Assembly: GCA_002189035.1 (NCBI GenBank)
Contig: NEEC01000299.1
Span: 1-32,935, forward strand
DNA from: Utricularia gibba
Taxonomy: Eukaryota > Plantae > Magnoliophyta
Direction: 5' to 3'
DNA length: 32,935 nt
A program made the translations under genes and the position numbers. Each line of letters opens with the position of its first letter. Positions within the stretch are counted from its first letter, which is position 1. Positions 10,615-24,100 of the stretch are shown piece after piece. The notes beneath the pieces are model-generated. The model saw nothing but the letters and a program-made list of their open reading frames with translations, made no database searches and was not told where the DNA came from.

Positions 10615-12175
10615 AAGCTTTTCCTTGAGAAAACCATTGAGGCAGCCTATTAAAACCAACGTTAATAAATGCATCAAGTTTTTTGCCGAGCTACAAATGA
10701 CTATGGGCCCGAGCTCGACTCGACCTCCTACTCGATACCGTTGCCCCACGAGAGCGCCTCTCAATATAAAGCATGCGGTTGAGAAAACCATTTTGGGTGC
10801 TCCTGACATCCTAACTTCAATAACTGCATCACGATTTTCGTCGAGTAGGACCCGATGTGGCAAAGGAGTCAGACCGAACTTGGGTCAGAACGAAGTTCAC
10901 AACGACATCACCCGCCCAAAAACGACAAGCTTTTCCTTGAGAAAACAATGTAGGCGCCTATTAAAACCCAACGTTAATTAATGCATCAAGTTTTTTGCCG
11001 AGCTACAAATGACTATGGGCCCGAGCTCGACTCGACCTCCTACTCGATACCGTTGCCCCACGAGAGCGCCTCCTCAAATATAAAGCATGCGGTTGAGAAA
11101 ACCATTTTGGGTGCTCATGACATCCTAACTTCAATAACTGCATCACGATTTTCGTCGAGTAGGACCCGATGTGGCAAAGGAGTCAGTCAGAACCTTGGGT
11201 CCGAACGAAGTTCCCAACGACATCACCCGCCCAGAAACGATAAGCTTTTCCTTGAGAAACTATGTAGGCAGCCTAATAGCGCCGAACGTTAATAAATGCA
11301 TCAATTTTTTGTCGGGCTACAAATGACTCTGGGAGCGAGCCCGACTCGACCTTTTGCCCGATACCGTGCCCCACTAGAGCGCCTCCTCAACTACAAAGCA
11401 TGCGATTGAAAAAGCCTTTTGGGTGCTCATGAAATCCTAACTTCAATAACTGCATCACGATTTTCGTCGAGTAGGACCAGATTTGGCAAAGGAGACAGAC
11501 CGAACCTTGGGTCGAACGAAGTTAACAACGACATCACCCGCCCAAAAACGACAAGCTTTTCCTTGAGAAACCATGTAGGCAGCCTATTAAAACCCAACGT
11601 TAAAAATGCATCAAGTTTTTTGCCGAGCTACAAATGACTCTGGGACCGAGCTCGACTCGACCTCCTGCTCGATACCGTTGCCCCACGAGAGTGCCTTATC
11701 AAATAAAAGCATGCGGTTGAGAAAACCATTTTGGGTGCTCATGATATCCTAACTTCAATAACTGCATCACGATTTTCGTCGAGTAGGACCCGATGTGGCA
11801 AAGGAGTCAGACCGAACCTATGGTCAGAACGAAGTTCCAAAAGACATCACCCGCCCAGAAACGACAGCTTTTCCTTGAGAACCATGTAGGTAGCCTATTA
11901 AAACCCAACGTTAATAAATGCATCACTTTTTTTGACGGCTAAAATGACTCTGGGAGCGAGCCCGACTCGACCTTTTGCCCGATACCGTGCCCCACTAGAG
12001 CGCCTCCTCAACTACAAAGCATGCGATTGAAAAAAGCATTTTGGGTGCTCATGAAATCCTAACTTCAATAACTGCATCACGATTTTCGTCGAGTAGGACC
12101 AGATTTGGCAAAGGAGACAGACCGAACCTTGGGTCAGAACGAAGTTCACAACGACATCACCCGCCCAAAAACGAC
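10615..12175 (+). repeat. 5-monomer HOR unit X-Y-Z(L)-V-W(L), third copy
   Basis: Same class order as the other copies, with TTAATTAA at 10974 and GTTAACAAC at 11521. Confidence 0.8.
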
Positions 12176-15100
12176 AAGCTTTTCCTTGAGAAAACCTTGA
12201 GGCAGCCTATTAAAACCAACCGTTAATAAATGCATCAAGTTTTTTGCCGAGCTACAAATGACTATGGGCCCGAGCTCGACTCGACCTCCTACTCGATACC
12301 GTTGCCCCACGAGAGCACCTTATCAAATATAAAGCATGCGGTTGAGAAAACCATTTTGGGTGCTCATGAAATCCTAACTTCAATAACTGCATCACGATTT
12401 TCGTCGAGTAGGACCCGATGTGGCAAAGGAGTCAGTCAGAACCTTGGTCCGAACGAAGTTCCCAACGACATCACCCGCCAGAAACGATAAGCTTTTCCTT
12501 GAGAAACTATGTAGGCAGCCTAATAGCCCGAACGTTAATAAATGCATCAATTTTTTGTCGGGCTACAAATGACTCTGGGAGCGAGCCCGACTCGACCTTT
12601 TGCCCGATACCGTGCCCCACTAGAGCGCCTCCTAAATACAAAGCATGCGTTGAAAAAAGCATTTTGGGTGCTCATGAAATCCTAACTTCAATAACTGCAT
12701 CACGATTTTCGTCGAGTAGGACCCGATGTGGCAAAGGAGTCAGACCGAACCTTGGGTCGAACGAAGTTCCAACGACATCACCCGCCAGAAACGACAAGCT
12801 TTTCCTTGAGAAACTATGTAGGCAGCCTAATAAAGCCGAACGTTAATAAATGCATCAATTTTTTTGCCGGGCTACAAATGACTCTGGGCCCGAGCTCGAC
12901 TCGACCTCCTGCTCGATACCGTTGCCCCACGAGAGTGCCTTATCAAATTAAAAGCATGCGGTTGAGAAAACCATTTTGGGTGCTCATGATATCCTAACTT
13001 CAATAACTGCATCACGATTTTCGTCGAGTAGGACCCGATGTGGCAAAGGAGTCAGACCGAACCTATGGTCAGAACGAAGTTCCAAAAGACATCACCGCCC
13101 AGAAACGACAAGCTTTTCCTTGAGAACCATGTAGGCAGCCTATTAAAACCCAACGTTAATAAATGCATCATTTTTTTGACAGGCTAAAAATGACTCTGGA
13201 GCGAGCCCGACTCGACCTTTTGCCCGATACCGTGCCCCACTAGAGCGCCTCCTCAACTACAAAGCATGCGATTGAAAAAGCATTTTGGGTGCTCATGAAA
13301 TCCTAACTTCAATAACTGCATCACGATTTTCGTCGAGTAGGACCAGATTTGGCAAAGGAGACAGACCGAACCTTGGGTCAGAACGAAGTTCACAACGACA
13401 TCACCCGCCCAAAAACGACAAGCTTTTCCTTGAGAAAACCATTGAGGCAGCCTATTAAAACCAACCGTTAATAAATGCATCAAGTTTTTTGCCGAGCTAC
13501 AAATGACTATGGGCCCGAGCTCGACTCGACCTCCTACTCGATACCGTTGCCCCACGAGAGCACCTTATCAAATATAAAGCATGCGGTTGAGAAAACCATT
13601 TTGGGTGCTCATGAAATCCTAACTTCAATAACTGCATCACGATTTTCGTCGAGTAGGACCCGATGTGGCAAAGGAGTCAGTCAGAACCTTGGGTCCGAAC
13701 GAAGTTCCCAACGACATCACCCGCCCAGAAACGATAAGCTTTTCCTTGAGAAACTATGTAGGCAGCCTAATAACCGAACGTTAATAAATGCATCAATTTT
13801 TTGTCGGGCTACAAATGACTCTGGGAGCGAGCCCGACTCGACCTTTTGCCCGATACCGTGCCCCACTAGAGCGCCTCCTAAATACAAAGCATGCGATTGA
13901 AAAAAGCATTTTGGGTGCTCATGAAATCCTAACTTCAATAACTGCATCACGATTTTCGTCGAGTAGGACCCGATGTGGCAAAGGAGTCAGACGAACCTTG
14001 GGTCCGAACGAAGTTCCCAACGACATCACCCGCCCAGAAACGACAAGCTTTTCCTTGAGAAACTATGTAGGCAGCCTATAAAGCCGAACGTTAATAAATG
14101 CATCAATTTTTTTGCCGGGCTACAATGACTCTGGGCCCGAGCTCGACTCGACCTCCTGCTCGATACCGTTGCCCCACGAGAGTGCCTTATCAAATATAAA
14201 GCATGCGGTTGAGAAAACCATTTTGGGTGCTCATGATATCCTAACTTCAATAACTGCATCACGATTTTCGTCGAGTAGGACCCGATGTGGCAAAGGAGTC
14301 AGAACGAACCTTTGGTCAGAACGAAGTTCCAAAAGACATCACCCGCCCAGAAACGACAAGCTTTTCCTTGAGAAACTATGTAGGCAGCCTAATAAAGCCG
14401 AACGTTAATAAATGCATCAATTTTTTTGCCGGGCTACAAATGACTCTGGGACCGAGCTCGACTCGACCTCCTGCTCGATACCGTTGCCCCACGAGAGTGC
14501 CTTATCAAATATAAAGCATGCGGTTGAGAAAACCATTTTGGGTGCTCATGATATCCTAACTTCAATAACTGCATCACGATTTTCGTCGAGTAGGACCCGA
14601 TGTGGCAAAGGAGTCAGACCGAACCTATGGTCAGAACGAAGTTCCAAAAGACATCACCGCCCAGAAACGACAAGCTTTTCCTTGAGAAACTATGTAGGCA
14701 GCCTAATAAAAGCCAACGTTAATAAATGCATCAATTTTTTTGCCGGGCTACAAATGACTCTGGGCCCGAGCTCGACTCGACCTCCTGCTCGATACCGTTG
14801 CCCCACGAGAGCGCCTTATCAAATATAAAGCATGCGATTGAAAAAAGCATTTTGGGTGCTCATGAAATCCTAACTTCAATAACTGCATCACGATTTTCGT
14901 CGAGTAGGACCAGATTTGGCAAAGGAGACAGACCGAACCTTGGGTCAGAACGAAGTTCACAACGACATCACCCGCCCAAAAACGACAAGCTTTTCCTTGA
15001 GAAAACCATTGAGGCAGCCTATTAAAACCAACCGTTAATAAATGCATCAAGTTTTTTGCCGAGCTACAAATGACTATGGGCCCGAGCTCGACTCGACCTC

Positions 15101-18100
15101 CTACTCGATACCGTTGCCCCACGAGAGCACCTTATCAAATATAAAGCATGCGGTTGAGAAAACCATTTTGGGTGCTCATGAAATCCTAACTTCAATAACT
15201 GCATCACGATTTTCGTCGAGTAGGACCCGATGTGGCAAAGGAGTCAGACAGAACCTTGGGTCCGAACGAAGTTCCCAACGACATCACCCGCGCAGAAACG
15301 ACAAGCTTTTCCTTGAGAAAACATGTAGGCGCCTATTAAAACCCAACGTTAATTAATGCATCAAGTTTTTTGCCGAGCTACAAATGACTATGGGCCCGAG
15401 CTCGACTCGACCTCCTACTCGATACCGTTGCCCCACGAGAGCGCCTCCTCAAATATAAAGCATGCGGTTGAGAAAACCATTTTGGGTGCTCATGACATCC
15501 TAACTTCAATAACTGCATCACGATTTTCGTCGAGTAGGACCCGATGTGGCAAAGGAGTCAGTCAGAACCTTGGGTCCGAACGAAGTTCCCAACGACATCA
15601 CCCGCCCAGAAACGACAAGCTTTTCCTTGAGAAACTATGTAGGCAGCCTAATAGCGCCGAACGTTAATAAATGCATCAATTTTTTGTCGGGCTACAAATG
15701 ACTCTGGGAGCGAGCCCGACTCGACCTTTTGCCCGATACCGTTGCCCCACTAGAGCGCCTCCTAAATACAAAGCATGCGTTGAGAAAAAGCATTTTGGGT
15801 GCTCATGAAATCCTAACTTCAATAACTGCATCACGATTTTCGTCGAGTTGGACCCGATGTGGCAAAGGAGTCAGACGAACCTTGGGTCCGAACGAAGTTC
15901 CCAACGACATCACCCGCCCAGAAACGACAAGCTTTTCCTTGAGAAACTATGTAGGCAGCCTAATAAAAGCCGAACGTTAATAAATGCATCAATTTTTTTT
16001 GCCGGGCTACAAATGACTCTGGGCCCGAGCTCGACTCGACCTCCTGCTCGATACCGTTGCCCCACGAGAGTGCCTTATCAAATATAAAGCATGCGGTTGA
16101 GAAAACCATTTTGGGTGCTCATGATATCCTAACTTCAATAACTGCATCACGATTTTCGTCGAGTAGGACCCGATGTGGCAAAGGAGTCAGAACGAACCTT
16201 GGTCAGAACGAAGTTCCAAAAGACATCACCGCCCAGAAACGACAAGCTTTTCCTTGAGAAACTATGTAGGCAGCCTAATAAAGCCGAACGTTAATAAATG
16301 CATCAATTTTTTGCCGGGCTACAAATGACTCTGGGCCGAGCTCGACTCGACCTCCTGCTCGATACCGTTGCCCCACGAGAGTGCCTTATCAAATATAAAG
16401 CATGCGGTTGAGAAAACCATTTTGGGTGCTCATGAATCCTAACTTCAATAACTGCATCACGATTTTCGTCGAGTAGGACCCGATGTGGCAAAGGAGTCAG
16501 ACCGAACCTATGGTCAGAACGAAGTTCCAAAAGACATCACCCGCCCAGAAACGACAAGCTTTTCCTTGAGAAACTATGTAGGCAGCCTATTAAAGCCGAA
16601 CGTTAATAAATGCATCAATTTTTTTGCCGGGCTACAAATGACTCTGGGACCGAGCTCGACTCGACCTCCTGCTCGATACCGTTGCCCCACGAGAGCGCCT
16701 TATCAATATAAAGCATGCGGTTGAGAAAACCATTTTGGGTGCTCATGAATCCTAACTTCAATAACTGCATCACGATTTTCGTCGAGTAGGACCCGATGTG
16801 GCAAAGGAGTCAGACCGAACCTTGGTCAGAACGAAGTTCCAAAAGACATCACCCGCCCAGAAACGACAAGCTTTTCCTTGAGAAACCATGTAGGCAGCCT
16901 ATTAAAACAACGTTAATAAATGCATCAATTTTTTTGCCGGCTACAAATGACTCTGGGCGAGCCGACTCGACCTTTGCCCGATACCGTGCCCACTAGAGCG
17001 CCTCCTCAACTATAAAGCATGCGATTGAAAAACATTTTGGGTGCTCATGAAATCCTAACTTCAATAACTGCATCACGATTTTCGTCGAGTAGGACCAGAT
17101 TTGGCAAAGGAGACAGACCGAACCTTGGGTCAGAACGAAGTTCACAACGACATCACCCGCCCAAAAACGACAAGCTTTTCCTTGAGAAAACCATTGAGGC
17201 AGCCTATTAAAACCAAACGTTAATAAATGCATCAAGTTTTTTGCCGAGCTACAAATGACTATGGGCCCGAGCTCGACTCGACCTCCTGCTCGATACCGTT
17301 GCCCCACGAGAGCCCTTATCAAATATAAAGCATGCGGTTGAGAAAACCATTTTGGGGTGCTCATGAAATCCTAACTTCAATAACTGCATCACGATTTTCG
17401 TCGAGTAGGACCCGATGTGGCAAAGGAGTCAGACCGAACCTTGGTCAGAACGAAGTTCAAACGACATCACCCGCCCAAAAACGACAAGCTTTCCTTGAGA
17501 AACCATTAGGCAGCCTATTAAAACCAACGTTAATAAATGCATCAATTTTTTTGCCGGCTACAAATGACTATGGGCCCGAGCTCGACTCGACCTCCTGCTC
17601 GATACCGTTGCCCCACGAGAGCGCCTTATCAAATATAAAGCATGCGGTTGAGAAAACCATTTTGGGTGCTCATGAAATCCTAACTTCAATAACTGCATCA
17701 CGATTTTCGTCGAGTAGGACCCGATGTGGCAAAGGAGTCAGACCGAACCTTGGTCAGAACGAAGTTCCAACGACATCACCCGCCCAAAACGACAAGCTTT
17801 TCCTTGAGAAAACCATGTAGGCAGCCTATTAAAACCAACGTTAATAAATGCATCAAGTTTTTTGCCGAGCTACAAATGACTATGGGCCCGAGCTCGACTC
17901 GACCTCTACTCGATACCGTGCCCCACGAGAGCGCCTTATCAAATATAAAGCATGCGGTTGAGAAAACCATTTTGGGTGCTCATGAATCCTAACTTCAATA
18001 ACTGCATCACGATTTTCGTCGAGTAGGACCCGATGTGGCAAAGGAGTCAGACCGAACCTTGGGTCAGAACGAAGTTCCAACGACATCACCCGCCAGAAAC

Positions 18101-21100
18101 GACAAGCTTTTCCTTGAGAAACTATGTAGGCAGCCTAATAAAGCCGAACGTTAATAAATGCATCAATTTTTTTTGCCGGGCTACAAATGACTCTGGGCCC
18201 GAGCTCGACTCGACCTCCTGCTCGATACCGTTGCCCCACGAGAGTGCCTTATCAAATATAAAGCATGCGGTTGAGAAAACCATTTTGGGTGCTCATGAAT
18301 CCTAACTTCAATAACTGCATCACGATTTTCGTCGAGTAGGACCCGATGTGGCAAAGGAGTCAGACCGAACCTATGGTCAGAACGAAGTTCCAAAAGACAT
18401 CACCCGCCCAGAAACGACAAGCTTTTCCTTGAGAAACCATGTAGGCAGCCTATTAAAACCAACGTTAATAAATGCATCAATTTTTTTGCCGGCTACAAAA
18501 TGACTCTGGGCGAGCTCGACTCGACCTCCTGCCGATACCGTTGCCCCACGAGAGCGCCTCCTCAAATATAAAGCATGCGGTTGAGAAAACATTTTGGGTG
18601 CTCATGAAATCCTAACTTCAATAACTGCATCACGATTTTCGTCGAGTAGGACCAGATGTGGCAAAGGAGTCAGACCGAACCTTGGGTCAGAACGAAGTTC
18701 ACAACGACATCACCCGCCAAAAACGACAAGCTTTTCCTTGAGAAACCATTAGGCAGCCTATTAAAACCAACGTTAATAAATGCATCAAGTTTTTTGCCGA
18801 GCTACAAATGACTATGGGCCCGAGCTCGACTCGACCTCCTACTCGATACCGTTGCCCCACGAGAGCACCTTATCAAATATAAAGCATGCGGTTGAGAAAA
18901 CCATTTTGGGTGCTCATGAATCCTAACTTCAATAACTGCATCACGATTTTCGTCGAGTAGGACCCGATGTGGCAAAGGAGTCAGACCGAACCTTGGGTCA
19001 GAACGAAGTTCCAAAAGACATCACCCGCCAGAAACGACAAGCTTTTCCTTGAGAAACTATGTAGGCAGCCTATAAAGCCGAACGTTAATAAATGCATCAA
19101 TTTTTTGCCGGGCTACAAATGACTCTGGGCCGAGCTCGACTCGACCTCCTGCTCGATACCGTTGCCCACGAGAGTGCCTTATCAAATATAAAGCATGCGT
19201 TGAGAAAACATTTTGGGTGCTCATGAATCCTAACTTCAATAACTGCATCACGATTTTCGTCGAGTAGGACCCGATGTGGCAAAGGAGTCAGACCGAACCT
19301 TGGTCAGAACGAAGTTCCAAAAGACATCACCCGCCAAAACGACAAGCTTTTCCTTGAGAAACCATGTAGGCAGCCTATTAAAACCCAACGTTAATAAATG
19401 CATCAATTTTTTTGCCGGCTACAAATGACTCTGGGCGAGCCCGACTCGACCTTTTGCTCGATACCGTGCCCCACGAGAGCGCCTCCTCAAATATAAAGCA
19501 TGCGGTTGAGAAAACCATTTTGGGTGCTCATGAAATCCTAACTTCAATAACTGCATCACGATTTTCGTCGAGTAGGACCAGATTTGGCAAAGGAGACAGA
19601 CCGAACCTTGGGTCAGAACGAAGTTCACAACGACATCACCCGCCCAAAAACGACAAGCTTTTCCTTGAGAAACCATTGAGGCAGCCTATTAAAACCAACG
19701 TTAATAAATGCATCAAGTTTTTTGCCGAGCTACAAATGACTATGGGCCCGAGCTCGACTCGACCTCCTGCTCGATACCGTTGCCCCACGAGAGCGCCTTA
19801 TCAAATATAAAGCATGCGGTTTGAAAAAACATTTTGGGTGCTCATGAAATCCTAACTTCAATAACTGCATCACGATTTTCGTCGAGTAGGACCCGATGTG
19901 GCAAAGGAGTCAGACCGAACCTTGGGTCAGAACGAAGTTCAAACGACATCACCCGCCCAAAAACGACAAGCTTTTCCTTGAGAAACCATTAGGCAGCCTA
20001 TTAAAACCAACGTTAATAAATGCATCAATTTTTTTGCCGAGCTACAAATGACTATGGGCCCGAGCTCGACTCGACCTCCTTCGATACCGTTGCCCCACGA
20101 GAGCACCTTATCAAATATAAAGCATGCGGTTGAGAAAACCATTTTGGGTGCTCATGAAATCCTAACTTCAATAACTGCATCACGATTTTCGTCGAGTAGG
20201 ACCCGATGTGGCAAAGGAGTCAGACCGAACCTTGGGTCAGAACGAAGTTCCAACGACATCACCCGCCAGAAACGACAAGCTTTTCCTTGAGAAACATGTA
20301 GGCAGCTATTAAAACCAACGTTAATAAATGCATCAAGTTTTTTTGCCGGCTACAAATGACTCTGGGCCCGAGCTCGACTCGACCTCCTGCTCGATACCGT
20401 TGCCCCACGAGAGCGCCTCCTCAAATATAAAGCATGCGGTTGAGAAAACCATTTTGGGTGCTCATGAATCCTAACTTCAATAACTGCATCACGATTTTCG
20501 TCGAGTAGGACCCGATGTGGCAAAGGAGTCAGACCGAACCTTGGGTCAGAACGAAGTTCCAAGACATCACCCGCCAGAAACGACAAGCTTTTCCTTGAGA
20601 AACTATGTAGGCAGCCTATAAAAACCAACGTTAATAAATGCATCAATTTTTTTTGCCGGGCTACAAATGACTCTGGGCCGAGCTCGACTCGACCTCCTGC
20701 TCGATACCGTTGCCCCACGAGAGCCTTATCAAATATAAAGCATGCGGTTGAGAAAACCATTTTGGGTGCTCATGAATCCTAACTTCAATAACTGCATCAC
20801 GATTTTCGTCGAGTAGGACCCGATGTGGCAAAGGAGTCAGACCGAACCTTGGTCAGAACGAAGTTCCAAAAGACATCACCCGCCCAGAAACGACAAGCTT
20901 TTCCTTGAGAAACCATGTAGGCAGCCTATTAAAACCAACGTTAATAAATGCATCAATTTTTTGCCGGCTACAAATGACTCTGGGCGAGCTCGACTCGACC
21001 TTTGCTCGATACCGTTGCCCCACGAGAGCGCCTCCTCAAATATAAAGCATGCGGTTGAAAAACCATTTTGGGTGCTCATGAATCCTAACTTCAATAACTG

Positions 21101-24100
21101 CATCACGATTTTCGTCGAGTAGGACCCGATGTGGCAAAGGAGTCAGACCGAACCTTGGTCAGAACGAAGTTCAAAAGACATCACCCGCCCAGAAACGACA
21201 AGCTTTTCCTTGAGAAACCATGTAGGCAGCCTATTAAAACCCAACGTTAATAAATGCATCAATTTTTTGCCGGCTACAAATGACTCTGGGCCGAGCTCGA
21301 CTCGACCTCCTGCTCGATACCGTTGCCCCACGAGAGCGCCTCCTCAAATATAAAAGCATGCGGTTGAGAAAACCATTTTGGGTGCTCATGAATCCTAACT
21401 TCAATAACTGCATCACGATTTTCGTCGAGTAGGACCCGATGTGGCAAAGGAGTCAGACCGAACCTATGGTCAGAACGAAGTTCAAAAGACATCACCCGCC
21501 CAGAAACGACAAGCTTTTCCTTGAGAAACCATGTAGGCAGCCTATTAAAACCCAACGTTAATAAATGCATCAATTTTTTGCCGGCTACAAATGACTCTGG
21601 GCGAGCTCGACTCGACCTCCTGCTCGATACCGTTGCCCCACGAGAGCGCCTTATCAAATATAAAGCATGCGGTTGAGAAAACCATTTTGGGTGCTCATGA
21701 AATCCTAACTTCAATAACTGCATCACGATTTTCGTCGAGTAGGACCCGATGTGGCAAAGGAGTCAGACCGAACCTTGGGTCAGAACGAAGTTCACAACGA
21801 CATCACCCGCCCAAAAACGACAAGCTTTTCCTTGAGAAAACCATTAGGCAGCCTATTAAAACCAACGTTAATAAATGCATCAAGTTTTTTGCCGAGCTAC
21901 AAATGACTATGGGCCCGAGCTCGACTCGACCTCCTGCTCGATACCGTTGCCCCACGAGAGCGCCTTATCAAATATAAAGCATGCGGTTGAGAAAACATTT
22001 TGGGTGCTCATGAAATCCTAACTTCAATAACTGCATCACGATTTTCGTCGAGTAGGACCCGATGTGGCAAAGGAGTCAGACCGAACCTTGGTCAGAACGA
22101 AGTTCCAAACGACATCACCCGCCCAAAAACGACAAGCTTTTCCTTGAGAAAACCATTAGGCAGCCTATTAAAACCAACGTTAATAAATGCATCAAGTTTT
22201 TTGCCGAGCTACAAATGACTATGGGCCGAGCTCGACTCGACCTCCTACTCGATACCGTTGCCCCACGAGAGCACCTTATCATATAAAGCATGCGGTTGAG
22301 AAAACCATTTTGGGTGCTCATGAAATCCTAACTTCAATAACTGCATCACGATTTTCGTCGAGTAGGACCCGATGTGGCAAAGGAGTCAGACCGAACCTTG
22401 GTCAGAACGAAGTTCCCAACGACATCACCCGCAGAAACGACAAGCTTTTCCTTGAGAAAACAATGTAGGCAGCTATTAAAACCCAACGTTAATAAATGCA
22501 TCAAGTTTTTTGCCGAGCTACAAATGACTATGGGCCCGAGCTCGACTCGACCTCCTACTCGATACCGTTGCCCACGAGAGCGCCTCCTCAAATATAAAGC
22601 ATGCGGTTGAGAAAACCATTTTGGGTGCTCATGAATCCTAACTTCAATAACTGCATCACGATTTTCGTCGAGTAGGACCCGATGTGGCAAAGGAGTCAGA
22701 CCGAACCTTGGTCAGAACGAAGTTCCAACGACATCACCCGCCCAGAAACGACAAGCTTTTCCTTGAGAAACCATGTAGGCAGCCTATTAAAACCAACGTT
22801 AATAAATGCATCAATTTTTTTGCGGCTACAAATGACTCTGGGCCGAGCTCGACTCGACCTCTGCTCGATACCGTTGCCCACGAGAGCACCTTATCAAATA
22901 TAAAGCATGCGGTTGAGAAAACCATTTTGGGTGCTCATGAATCCTAACTTCAATAACTGCATCACGATTTTCGTCGAGTAGGACCCGATGTGGCAAAGGA
23001 GTCAGACCGAACCTTGGGTCAGAACGAAGTTCACAACGACATCACCGCCCAAAAACGACAAGCTTTTCCTTGAGAAAACAATGTAGGCAGCTATTAAAAC
23101 CAACGTTAATAATGCATCAAGTTTTTTGCCGAGCTACAAATGACTATGGGCCGAGCTCGACTCGACCTCCTGCTCGATACCGTTGCCCCACGAGAGCGCC
23201 TTATCAAATATAAAGCATGCGGTTGAGAAAACCATTTTGGGTGCTCATGATCCTAACTTCAATAACTGCATCACGATTTTCGTCGAGTAGGACCCGATGT
23301 GGCAAAGGAGTCAGACAGAACCTTGGGTCAGAACGAAGTTCCAACGACATCACCCGCCAGAAACGACAAGCTTTCCTTGAGAAACTATGTAGGCAGCCTA
23401 AAAACCCAACGTTAATAAATGCATCAATTTTTTGCGGGCTACAAATGACTCTGGGAGCGAGCTCGACTCGACCTTTTGCTCGATACCGTGCCCCACGAGA
23501 GCGCCTCCTCAAATATAAAGCATGCGGTTGAAAAAACATTTTGGGTGCTCATGAAATCCTAACTTCAATAACTGCATCACGATTTTCGTCGAGTAGGACC
23601 CGATGTGGCAAAGGAGTCAGACCGAACCTTGGGTCAGAACGAAGTTCCAACGACATCACCCGCCCAAAACGACAAGCTTTTCCTTGAGAAACCATTAGGC
23701 ATTAAAACCAAACGTTAATAAATGCATCAATTTTTTGAGCTACAAATGACTCTGGGCCGAGCTCGACTCGACCTCCTGCTCGATACCGTTGCCCACGAGA
23801 GCGCCTTATCAAATATAAAGCATGCGGTTGAGAAAACATTTTGGGTGCTCATGAATCCTAACTTCAATAACTGCATCACGATTTTCGTCGAGTAGGACCC
23901 GATGTGGCAAAGGAGTCAGACCGAACCTTGGGTCAGAACGAAGTTCACAACGACATCACCCGCCCAAAACGACAAGCTTTTCCTTGAGAAAACCATTGAG
24001 GCAGCCTATTAAAACCAACGTTAATAAATGCATCAAGTTTTTTGCCGAGCTACAAATGACTATGGGCCCGAGCTCGACTCGACCTCCTACTCGATACCGT

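Larger units (their letters stand above)
6561..14357 (+). repeat. Duplicated 13-monomer super-HOR (5+4+4), period about 4.05 kb; second copy incomplete
   Basis: The class order X Y Z V W X Z U W X Z U W (6561-10614) restarts at 10615 and matches for 12 monomers. Rare alleles recur at 4048-4052 bp: AAGCCTTTTG 7361/11412, CCTTGAGG 8147/12195, AATAGCCCGAACG 8473/12522, TTAATTAA 6922/10974. Confidence 0.85.
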
